Shown here: one piece after another, positions 9,829 through 18,197 of the stretch
Position numbering within the stretch: position 1 is the stretch's first letter
Layout of the letters: the number at the start of each line of letters is the position of its first letter
NCBI GenBank assembly: GCA_038740375.1
Contig: JAVYLW010000002.1
Span: 81,877 to 145,876 of the forward strand
DNA from: Candidatus Pacearchaeota archaeon
GTDB lineage: Archaea; Nanobdellota; Nanobdellia; Pacearchaeales; GW2011-AR1
Length of the DNA: 64,000 nucleotides
Direction: 5' to 3'
Notes under the pieces: model-generated
Database searches by the model: none
Seen by the model: only the letters and a program-made list of their open reading frames with translations
What the model was told of the DNA's origin: nothing
Made by a program: the position numbers and the translations under genes

Positions 9829-11373
9829 TTACACAAGAATATTCATAATAAAATATTTAGAGTAAAATAAAACTCCTATGATAAATCCTATCAAAAAATA
9901 AATAATTTTTAAATAAATTGGTTTTTCAGAAATTCCTATCATTAAAAAAATAGGAAAAGATATTATAATTTGTCTATATATACATTCAGTAGAACCAAAA
10001 GTAGGTGTAAATGCTATGAAAGAAAAACCATAAAGAGTATATAAAAAATTTAATTTTCTTGTGTAAAATAAAAAAATTCCAAATACTATAAATAATAAAA
10101 TCAAAAACTCAGGATTTAAAATTTTTTTTGTAAATAAAAAAATTCCTAAAAAAAATGTTTTTACTAAAGGTGTTACAAAAAAAGTTAAATAATGTCCTTT
10201 TCCAAGAAATCTTTGTGCATCTATAAAAAGAAAAAAATTGCCAAACTTAATAAAATAAAAAAAGAAAAATGCAAATAAAAAAGCAATTGGAATTACAAAT
10301 AAAGTTAAATTTTTTATTTTTAAAAAATTTTTTAAAAAATCTTTAAAAGATTTAATTTGATTATTTTTTAAAAAATAATAAAATTTTGCTATATAAATTA
10401 ATATTCCAGAAGGATAAGTAATAATTAAGAATCCTTCGAGAATAGAAGAAATATAAAATCTATTTTTTCTTAATAATAAAAATATAGACAGAGACAAAAA
10501 CAAAAATAAAGAATAAGGAAAACCTGTTAAAAAATAAAAACTAGTAGGAAAAGAAAATAAAGCTATTATAGATAAATAAGCGATTTTTTTTGAAAAATCT
10601 TTTAAGATAAGACAAAATAAAAGAATAATAGAAAACAAAAAACAAATCCATGAAATTAGAACCATAACTAAAGTTGGATTAAAATTAAAAAAATGTATAA
10701 AAAAACTTCCAATAATAGGATAAAAAGGAAACCATGCAACATTTCCATATATTATACCTTTATCATCAGTATGAAATCTATAACCTTTTTCTGCTATACT
10801 TCTATAATGAAATCCGTCCCATTTTATAAAAATTTCTTCAAAAAAATCTATAAGATTATATTTTTTCTTAAATTTTATGTACTTTATAATAACATCAGAA
10901 TTTGAAAAATAATAAATTCTTATCTCTATTTCTTTTCCAAGATTTCCATCATGCTCAAATTCTGCATAGACATTATATGTATTATTAGAATCAAGTTCTG
11001 AAGAATATATCTCTTTTAAAAAAATCGAGTTTTTTCCATTATATATTTCAAAATTTACTAAATGAGAATTATTTGAGTAATTCTCAAAGTATAAAGAAGA
11101 AGAAACGCTGTAATTACCTTTCTGAATTTTTAAATAAGGTCCAAATACGATATAACCTTCTTTATTATATATTTTTTTTGCAGAAGCAACAAAAGAACTA
11201 TCGTTTAAAACAGCATTGATATTTGTCTGAAACCTGGAACCTTTAAGATTAAAGTAATTATATTGATGAATACTAAGTATTAGAATCCAAAAAAATAAAA
11301 AAATAAAAAATAATATTATTAAAATGTATATATCTTTTTTACTAATTGAATTATTTCTAGATAAATTATTCAT
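9829..11373 (-). CDS. Polytopic GT-C-like membrane glycosyltransferase, PIG-V/mannosyltransferase-2-like
   Basis: 514 aa. N-terminal TM, an ~170-aa soluble domain, then at least 8 hydrophobic helices. The motif KWDGFHYRSIAEKGY...VAWFPFYPII resembles the WD..wY..IA..GY / aFfPlyP signature of the PIG-V family. Confidence 0.55.
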   Translation of the reverse strand: MNNLSRNNSISKKDIYILIILFFIFLFFWILILSIHQYNYFNLKGSRFQTNINAVLNDSSFVASAKKIYNKEGYIVFGPYLKIQKGNYSVSSSLYFENYSNNSHLVNFEIYNGKNSIFLKEIYSSELDSNNTYNVYAEFEHDGNLGKEIEIRIYYFSNSDVIIKYIKFKKKYNLIDFFEEIFIKWDGFHYRSIAEKGYRFHTDDKGIIYGNVAWFPFYPIIGSFFIHFFNFNPTLVMVLISWICFLFSIILLFCLILKDFSKKIAYLSIIALFSFPTSFYFLTGFPYSLFLFLSLSIFLLLRKNRFYISSILEGFLIITYPSGILIYIAKFYYFLKNNQIKSFKDFLKNFLKIKNLTLFVIPIAFLFAFFFFYFIKFGNFFLFIDAQRFLGKGHYLTFFVTPLVKTFFLGIFLFTKKILNPEFLILLFIVFGIFLFYTRKLNFLYTLYGFSFIAFTPTFGSTECIYRQIIISFPIFLMIGISEKPIYLKIIYFLIGFIIGVLFYSKYFIMNILV

Positions 11374-11430
11374 AATTATAGAATAATATTACAAGAAACT
11401 TTTTAAAATTTACATCCTATTAGTTTTAAA

Positions 11431-12192
11431 ATGTTTTCAAAGAAAGATATTGAAATAATAAATAAATTAACTTGGACAGACTTTAAGTTAAGATATAGCT
11501 CTTCAATATTAGGTTTTTTATGGTCTTTATTAAATCCTTTATTAATGTTAACTGTACTTTACATAGTTTTTTCTGTATTAATGAAAAGTGAAATAGAACA
11601 TTACCCTATATATCTCTTAATTGGAATAATACTATGGAATTATTTTTATGACTCTACATTAAATGGAATGTCAAGTATAATTAATAAATCAGATTTAATT
11701 AAAAAAATTTATTTTAAAAGAGAAATAATTATAATATCTTCTTGCTTGACATCTTTTATTAGTTTGATATTAAATTTAATAGTGTTACTGATTTTTATAA
11801 TAATTTTTAAAGTAAAATTAAATTTTTTATTCTTTTATTTTATTCCATTGCTAATCATACTTTTTTTAATATCTTTAGGATTAAGTTTTTTTTTAAGTTC
11901 GTTATATTCAAAATTTAGAGATTTGCATCACATATGGCAAGTATTGTTACAGATTGGATTTTTTATAACACCTATTTTTTATCCTTTAAGCATAATACCT
12001 GAGAAAATATTAAGAGTATATTTATTAAATCCATTAACTTTAATTATAAATCAATCAAGAGACGTATTAATTTTCAATAAGAATATTAATATTAATAACC
12101 TTATTTATTTGACTTTTTTTAGTCTTACACTATTACTGCTTGGATATTATATATTTAAATTAAGAGAAAAAAAATTTCCTGAAGAAATATGA
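11431..12192 (+). CDS. ABC-2 type polysaccharide/teichoic-acid-type exporter permease (Wzm/TagG-like)
   Basis: 253 aa with about 6 TM helices. The N-terminal FKLRYSSSILGFLWSLLNPLL motif is typical of ABC-2 permeases. Overlaps the ATPase gene by 4 nt. Confidence 0.75.
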   Translation: MFSKKDIEIINKLTWTDFKLRYSSSILGFLWSLLNPLLMLTVLYIVFSVLMKSEIEHYPIYLLIGIILWNYFYDSTLNGMSSIINKSDLIKKIYFKREIIIISSCLTSFISLILNLIVLLIFIIIFKVKLNFLFFYFIPLLIILFLISLGLSFFLSSLYSKFRDLHHIWQVLLQIGFFITPIFYPLSIIPEKILRVYLLNPLTLIINQSRDVLIFNKNININNLIYLTFFSLTLLLLGYYIFKLREKKFPEEI

Positions 12193-12914
12193 TAGAATTA
12201 TTAGAAGTTACAAAAAAATATAAGATTCCTCATGAAAAAAGAAACTCATTATTTGAAACATTAAAAGGATTTATACTTATGAGTCCTTTAAGATACACTG
12301 AGTTAAAAGCACTTGATAATATAAATTTGCATATTAATAAAGGAGAATTTATTGGGATAATAGGAAAAAACGGCTCTGGAAAATCTACATTATTAAAAAT
12401 AATGGCAAACATAATAAAACCAGACTCTGGAAAAGTCATTATAAACGGAAAAGTTGTTCCTTTCTTAGAACTCGGACTTGGTTATGTTGGTGATCTTTCT
12501 GCAAAGGAAAATGTTTATATAAATGGAGCTTTATTAGGAATACCTCAAAATGAAATAAAAAAAAGATTCAATACTATTATAGATTTTGCTGGACTAAATG
12601 AATTTATTGACACCAAACTAAAAAATTTTTCTGCTGGAATGCAAATGAGACTTGCATTTAGCACTGCTATAAATGCTGAAGGAGACATCTTTATCATAGA
12701 TGAGCTACTTGCAGTTGGAGATATAGAATTTCAGAAAAAATGTATAAATGTGTTTGAAGAATTTAAAAAAAATCAAAAGACAATAATATTTGCAAGTCAT
12801 GATTTAGAATTGATAAAAAAATTTTGTAATAGAGTTATATGGCTTGAAAATGGAAAAATTAAAATGTCTGGAAATGCAGAAGATGTAGTAAAAGAATATG
12901 AGCTGTGTAAATAA
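12189..12914 (+). CDS. ABC exporter ATP-binding protein (Wzt/TagH-like)
   Basis: Walker A GKNGSGKST, signature FSAGMQMRL, Walker B IFIIDELLAVGD. Confidence 0.85.
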   Translation: MIELLEVTKKYKIPHEKRNSLFETLKGFILMSPLRYTELKALDNINLHINKGEFIGIIGKNGSGKSTLLKIMANIIKPDSGKVIINGKVVPFLELGLGYVGDLSAKENVYINGALLGIPQNEIKKRFNTIIDFAGLNEFIDTKLKNFSAGMQMRLAFSTAINAEGDIFIIDELLAVGDIEFQKKCINVFEEFKKNQKTIIFASHDLELIKKFCNRVIWLENGKIKMSGNAEDVVKEYELCK

Positions 12915-12932
12915 ACTTATTTAAAATAAAAA

Positions 12933-13637
12933 TTATTTTAAAAATCTGTATTTAAACAAAGTCAAAATAGCAATAAATCCATCTTTAAATTTTATCTTCT
13001 TTCCTTCATCAACAGCTCTTGGTTTATAAGATATAGGAACCTCTATATATCTCAAGTTCTTTTGTTTTAACAATTTTATAGTAATTTCAGGTTCCCACTC
13101 AAAACCATTTCCATCTATCTTTATATTTTTTATTATATCAGATTTAAAAGCTTTATAACATGTGGGTTCGTCTGTAATTTTTCTAAATACTAAAATGCTT
13201 GATAAAAAACTTATAAATCTTCCTCCAAAATAAAAAAAGATACTACTTTTTTTATTTTCTTTTTTTAAAATTCTAGAACCATACACAACTTCAGCCTTAT
13301 TATCTAAAATGGGTTTAATAACTTGAACATATTCATTAGGATCATATTCTAAATCAGCATCCTGTATAATTATTATATCTCCAGTTGAATGTCTTATTCC
13401 TGTTTTTACAGCAGCACCCTTGCCTTGATTTTTTTTGTGAGTTATTAATTTAATTCCTTTAATTTTTTTAATAATTTTTAAAGAATTATCCTTGCTACAA
13501 TCATCAACAACAATAATTTCTTTATCAATAGGAAGCTTAACTTTTTTTACTAAAAAAATCAGTTCTTTAATAGTTTTTTCTTCATTATAAACAGGGATTA
13601 TAATAGATAATTTCATAAAATTAATCTTTTTTATCAT
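12933..13637 (-). CDS. GT2-family glycosyltransferase (dolichyl-phosphate glycosyltransferase-like)
   Basis: LSIIIPVYNEE...IIVVDDCSKDNS...NQGKGAAV...IIIQDADLEYDP. The true start is probably the internal Met of MKLSIIIP. Confidence 0.75.
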   Translation of the reverse strand: MIKKINFMKLSIIIPVYNEEKTIKELIFLVKKVKLPIDKEIIVVDDCSKDNSLKIIKKIKGIKLITHKKNQGKGAAVKTGIRHSTGDIIIIQDADLEYDPNEYVQVIKPILDNKAEVVYGSRILKKENKKSSIFFYFGGRFISFLSSILVFRKITDEPTCYKAFKSDIIKNIKIDGNGFEWEPEITIKLLKQKNLRYIEVPISYKPRAVDEGKKIKFKDGFIAILTLFKYRFLK

Positions 13638-13718
13638 TAAATTTTAAACAGTAACCTTTAAAAACATTCTTTTTTAATATTTTAAATATTAAAATAATAA
13701 AAAATCTAAAAAAATAAA

Positions 13719-14027
13719 ATGTCAAAAGTAAGAATAAAACTTAAAACAATGGATATAAATGAACTTAACAAAATATGTTCTCAAATAAAAGAAATAGCAA
13801 GTAAAGCTGGAATACCAATTTCAGGGCCAATTCCTCTTCCAACTAAAAAACTAAAAATTACAACAAGAAAATCTCCGTGTGGAAATGGAACTGCTACATT
13901 TGATAATTTTGAAATGAGAATACATTCAAGAGTAATAGATATTCCAGCAGATGACAGAGTTCTTCATGCAATAATGCGTTTATATATACCAAGAAACGTG
14001 ACTATTAAAATTGAGATGAAAGAATAA
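13719..14027 (+). CDS. rps10: 30S ribosomal protein S10 (uS10), archaeal type
   Basis: 102 aa. VRIKLKT...GPIPLPTKKLKITTRKSPCGNGTATFDNFEMRIHSRVIDI matches the archaeal uS10 pattern. Confidence 0.9.
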   Translation: MSKVRIKLKTMDINELNKICSQIKEIASKAGIPISGPIPLPTKKLKITTRKSPCGNGTATFDNFEMRIHSRVIDIPADDRVLHAIMRLYIPRNVTIKIEMKE

Positions 14028-14077
14028 ATTTATATTTACAAATAAAAATTCTCCTAACATATACTAAAAGTTACAAT

Positions 14078-14446
14078 CTATCTATTCTCTTTATTTTGTT
14101 CCTCAACACCATAAATATTTCCTGTTTTCATAAGATTTTTAATAATTTCTATATTTTCTGGAATCTCTTTTTTCTGCATAACTAAAACTTCTCTTGCATA
14201 AATAAAAGCGCTACATAATTTTATTCCAATAGGACATTTTTTTTCACAAGCCTTACATAAAGTGCAGTCATAAACAATTTTTTCAAAATTTGAATTATTA
14301 ATTATAAAAGACTTTCCTCTTGGAGAATAATGTTCTTCTCTTTCAACTCTTAAAACAGGACAAAGTTCTCTACATAAACCACATTTAAAGCACTCCTTTA
14401 CAATTTCAATTGCTGCCTGCTTTGCATTATCAATTTCAACTCCCAT
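14078..14446 (-). CDS. 2x[4Fe-4S] ferredoxin-domain protein (GlcF N-terminal half equivalent)
   Basis: Two Cys clusters, CFKCGLCRELCP and CTLCKACEKKCP. Overlaps the upstream FAD-oxidase gene by 11 nt. Confidence 0.7.
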   Translation of the reverse strand: MGVEIDNAKQAAIEIVKECFKCGLCRELCPVLRVEREEHYSPRGKSFIINNSNFEKIVYDCTLCKACEKKCPIGIKLCSAFIYAREVLVMQKKEIPENIEIIKNLMKTGNIYGVEEQNKENR

Positions 14447-16058
14447 TTTTATTCTCGTTTTTATTACTCATGATTCTATCGATTAATTCTTTATCAACAT
14501 TAGTTTCATCAGATTTTCTGTCAAGATTATCGCTAATAGTCACTTTTCCCTGACCATTAACACTACTACTTTTTGAAAAATCCCTATATTTTCCAGTCAT
14601 TATATCTTGTATACTTCTATAATTTATATTTTCTTTTTTTACAATTTCTCTTGGAACATTTTCAACAATACCCTTCTCAGCACTTCCTTTATCTTTATCT
14701 TTCGTTAATTCCGACTTAAAAGTAACATCATATTCTGCAAGTTTGTTTTTAACTTCATCGCGAGTTAATTTATTACTATCAAATTTTATCTCTTCTTTTA
14801 AATTATTACTTTTTTCATTTTTAATATCCATATCTTTTATAACTTCCTTAGCAGTTAGTTTTTCACCATAATTTTCAACATGTTCTTTATTTTCAAAATT
14901 TTCTTTATGCTTATAATTATAAATATAAGATTCACTTATATCAACAACTTTTCCTTTGTTTAATTTTAACATAGGATCGCGTCTTAATTTTACTCTTTGA
15001 ATAATTTTAGCCTGAAAAGGGTCTATAAATGATTTTCTCATAATTCCTATTCCAAATTTACCAGGAGTTCCTTTTAGTTTCTTAATAAAATCAATAGTAG
15101 TTTCTCTCAAATTTTTCTCATTATCTCTAAAATAAGCTATTATAATATTTGCTCCAATATGCCCAACATAAGGAATGCGATTATCGTCTAAAAAAACTAT
15201 AAATTCTTTTATTTTATCAAAGAATAACTTCGGATCCTCTCTATTATAATAACCTTCTTTGAATAAAACAGAATTTACATTTTTTCTTAAATCCTGAAGT
15301 TCATCATAATCTTTTCCTTTTATTTTTCCTCTGTTTTCAGAATTAAATTCTATTATGAGATTATATTTTTCTTCTAATCCCAAAAATCTTGAAACAATTG
15401 GAGAAAGTAATTCTAAAATAACTACATCCTTCTCTGATTTTAATCTTCGAGAAATACTTAATAATTCATCTAAATCATTTGTTTGAAATGCTGAAGCACT
15501 TCTCCTTATTATAGGAGAAAGTCTCAATGTAGCTGAAACAATTATTCCTGTAATTCCTTCCATACCGCAAACATCTGTTATATCCGCTTTACTTGTTTTA
15601 ATTATATCTCCTCTTCCATCAATATAGATAATTTCCTCAATCCAGTCTCTAATAGTTCCATATCTCATACTTCTATCTCCAGAAGCATTTGTAGCAATCA
15701 TACCACCTATAGTAGAAATGCCACCATTAGAAACATCTATTGGAAACTCAAGACCATAAGGTTCTAATTTCTCATTTAACTCTTTTAAAGTAATACCTGC
15801 CTCAACATGAACAATTTTCTTTGACAATGAAAAATTAGTAACTTTATTTAACCTTGAAAGATCTATAACAATAGAGTTATTAGGAACAGCTCCTCCGACA
15901 ACTCCGGTTCCAGAACCTCTTGGACAAATATCAATATTTGAAGATTTAATTATTGATTTGATTTCATCAACACTATTTGGAGCAATAACTTTTTCAAATT
16001 TGCCAATTAATCTTGAAGCATCAGTTTCATAACAGACCAATTCTTTTTTATTAACCAT
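14436..16058 (-). CDS. FAD-linked oxidase (GlcD / D-lactate dehydrogenase family) with a long low-complexity C-terminal tail
   Basis: FAD-binding PCMH-type region (PRGSGTGVVGGAVP...IGGMIATNASG). The catalytic part appears to end near RRDPMLKLNKGKV (~aa 370). It is followed by ~170 aa of K/E/N-rich sequence. Confidence 0.75.
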   Translation of the reverse strand: MVNKKELVCYETDASRLIGKFEKVIAPNSVDEIKSIIKSSNIDICPRGSGTGVVGGAVPNNSIVIDLSRLNKVTNFSLSKKIVHVEAGITLKELNEKLEPYGLEFPIDVSNGGISTIGGMIATNASGDRSMRYGTIRDWIEEIIYIDGRGDIIKTSKADITDVCGMEGITGIIVSATLRLSPIIRRSASAFQTNDLDELLSISRRLKSEKDVVILELLSPIVSRFLGLEEKYNLIIEFNSENRGKIKGKDYDELQDLRKNVNSVLFKEGYYNREDPKLFFDKIKEFIVFLDDNRIPYVGHIGANIIIAYFRDNEKNLRETTIDFIKKLKGTPGKFGIGIMRKSFIDPFQAKIIQRVKLRRDPMLKLNKGKVVDISESYIYNYKHKENFENKEHVENYGEKLTAKEVIKDMDIKNEKSNNLKEEIKFDSNKLTRDEVKNKLAEYDVTFKSELTKDKDKGSAEKGIVENVPREIVKKENINYRSIQDIMTGKYRDFSKSSSVNGQGKVTISDNLDRKSDETNVDKELIDRIMSNKNENKNGS

Positions 16059-16846
16059 TATTCATCAACCTCTTCGATTTCAACAGGAATTTCTCTATTT
16101 TCTAATTTTTTAATTCCTAAAGAATCTGCTAAGATTTCTGAAAATTCAAAAATTTTTATATTAGAATTTTTTGAGTTTCTTTTTAAAAGTTTATAATCTT
16201 CTAAAGAAAAAACTATAATCTTATTAACATTAATTCTTTTTGCTTGAATTAAAATTTCTTTAGCACATTTATCAGCAAGTTCTATATTTGTTATAGAAAG
16301 ACCTCCACAACCACCTGTGCAAAATGCATTTTCCTTATTGTTTTTCATTTCTTTTATATCATAACCAAATAACTCTAAAATTAATCTAGGTTCATTATAT
16401 ATATCGCAGTATCTACCTAAATAACAAGAATCCTGAACAGTTACAACATCATCAACCTTATTTTTTATTAAAAAGGGTTTTTCTTCTATTTTCTTAAGAA
16501 TTTCTCCCCATATATTAAAAACTTTAATATTCCATTCAGGCAAAAACTCAGAATACTGTTGAAGAAACATTTTATAACAAGCAGGACAAGGAGTTATAAT
16601 TTCTGATATATTTTCTTCTTTAAAAATTTCAAAATTTCTTCTGGCTAATTTTCTAGCTTCTTGCTCATAACCTGCTTCATATGCAGGAAGACCGCAACAT
16701 ATTTTTTTATCAATAATTTTAAAATCAATAGAAAGCTTTTCAAAAATCTTTTTATAAAGTTCAAATTGCTCTGGAAATTTAAAAAATCCTCTGCAACCTG
16801 GATAATAAACGCGATTACTTTTTTTAAAAAAGGAAAATAAACCCAT
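16058..16846 (-). CDS. CCG-domain Fe-S oxidoreductase (GlcF C-terminal half / HdrB/LutA-like)
   Basis: Two Cys-rich CCG-type segments (YYPGCRG...CCGLP; VQDSCYLGR...FCTGGCGG). Its stop overlaps the GlcD-like start in a TAATG junction at 16056-16060. Confidence 0.7.
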   Translation of the reverse strand: MGLFSFFKKSNRVYYPGCRGFFKFPEQFELYKKIFEKLSIDFKIIDKKICCGLPAYEAGYEQEARKLARRNFEIFKEENISEIITPCPACYKMFLQQYSEFLPEWNIKVFNIWGEILKKIEEKPFLIKNKVDDVVTVQDSCYLGRYCDIYNEPRLILELFGYDIKEMKNNKENAFCTGGCGGLSITNIELADKCAKEILIQAKRINVNKIIVFSLEDYKLLKRNSKNSNIKIFEFSEILADSLGIKKLENREIPVEIEEVDE

Positions 16847-17039
16847 ATTAAACTTACCTCTTAAGATAAAATAATTAATTTAACTTTTAAGCATATATAT
16901 ATTTTTATAATTATATTAGAAAATATAATTAATTTTTTCTAGAATCATACTAATGTATAATAATCTAAACTCTATAGATTTTCAAAACAATATTTTTAGT
17001 TATAAAAATTGTTATAAACCTTTACAAAATATTTCTCTC

Positions 17040-17834
17040 ATGAAAAAAAGAAAAAAAATAATAGTTATAATCTCTCTCTTAACTTTTTTAATTTTAGTAA
17101 TTCCAATAATAAACTCATCATTAAATGAAGATAAAGAAATAAAAGATTGCAAAAATTATTGTTTCTTAAATAAAAAGAAAGGAATTGCTGAAATAAACTC
17201 AAATTATAAAGAGTGTTGTAAATCTTGTGACGGAAAAGAAAAACAAAAATGCATGTTTTCTTGCAAAGATAAACAAAGCTATCTTTTAAAAAAATTAGAA
17301 TTTATATATGAAAATTGTGAAAAAAATTGTTTATATAAAATTAAAAATTCAAATTTAACCTGTATGAATGGAACTTATAAATTAGGAGAAATATTTTTAG
17401 ACGATTGCAATATATGCAGATGTGAAATTGACTCTAAAATAAAATGTAGAAAAACACCTTTTTGCAACTTTGAAGATATTACGATAAATAAAACGATTTG
17501 CGAAAAAAACAACGGTTTATTTCAACAGCTCTGCAACGGACCTTATTTTGATATAGTTTGTAGTAAATATAATTTTTGTTTATGTGACGGTAATAACAAC
17601 TACAGTTGTCCAGAGAATTATACATGTATTAAAAACTTTACTTTGTCTATAACAAGAAAAGGAAACACTATACTAGGATGGAAAACGCTTTTAGGAAAAA
17701 ACTTAGGTGATATAGGAATTTGTGCAAAAAATCCAGAATTAAAGAAATGCGGTAATAATATCTGTGAAAATAAAATATCTCGTTATAATGATATTAGTGA
17801 AACAAATTTAAATTGTCCAATTGATTGTAAATAA
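17040..17834 (+). CDS. Secreted/anchored Cys-rich protein (hypothetical)
   Basis: The ORF track starts at 16953. The internal ATG at 17040 gives MKKRKKIIVIISLLTFLILVIP (signal/anchor). About 40 Cys follow, and the C-terminus CGNNICENK...ETNLNCPIDC resembles the CG.G.C...E....CP.DC motif common in archaeal surface proteins. Confidence 0.55.
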   Translation: MKKRKKIIVIISLLTFLILVIPIINSSLNEDKEIKDCKNYCFLNKKKGIAEINSNYKECCKSCDGKEKQKCMFSCKDKQSYLLKKLEFIYENCEKNCLYKIKNSNLTCMNGTYKLGEIFLDDCNICRCEIDSKIKCRKTPFCNFEDITINKTICEKNNGLFQQLCNGPYFDIVCSKYNFCLCDGNNNYSCPENYTCIKNFTLSITRKGNTILGWKTLLGKNLGDIGICAKNPELKKCGNNICENKISRYNDISETNLNCPIDCK

Positions 17835-18197
17835 AAAAATATGTCTATGAATTTAACGATTTTAAATGATTTCTAAAAATATAAACTTCTCATTTTAATT
17901 TAAAAAATAAAGTTAATAAATAATTTTTGATTCTTAAGAAATTTATTATCTTGATATTAATAATAAAATATCTTTTATTATAAATAGAGTAAGAATTAGA
18001 GTCGATTTTTATAATCATAAAATAAAAGGAGATTGAATTTCAAATTAGACAATTTTAAGATGTATATCTTTACCACCTGAAAAAGACAAACAAAAAAATC
18101 GACAAATTTATAAATCTAAAGCTCTGTGTATATATGTTTGTCTAAACTAAATCAAAATTTATTGATAATATCTTATCTAAAAAATATAAAAACAAAT

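Noticed and set aside
18126-18197. GTG-initiated N-terminal extension of the GT4 fusion gene, as listed in the ORF track. Similar long N-terminal extensions are listed at 16953, 26718, 27481, 31816, 36973 and 40630.
   Set aside because: The extensions encode implausible leader peptides or overlap the upstream gene. Internal ATG codons give canonical N-termini and tight operon junctions.
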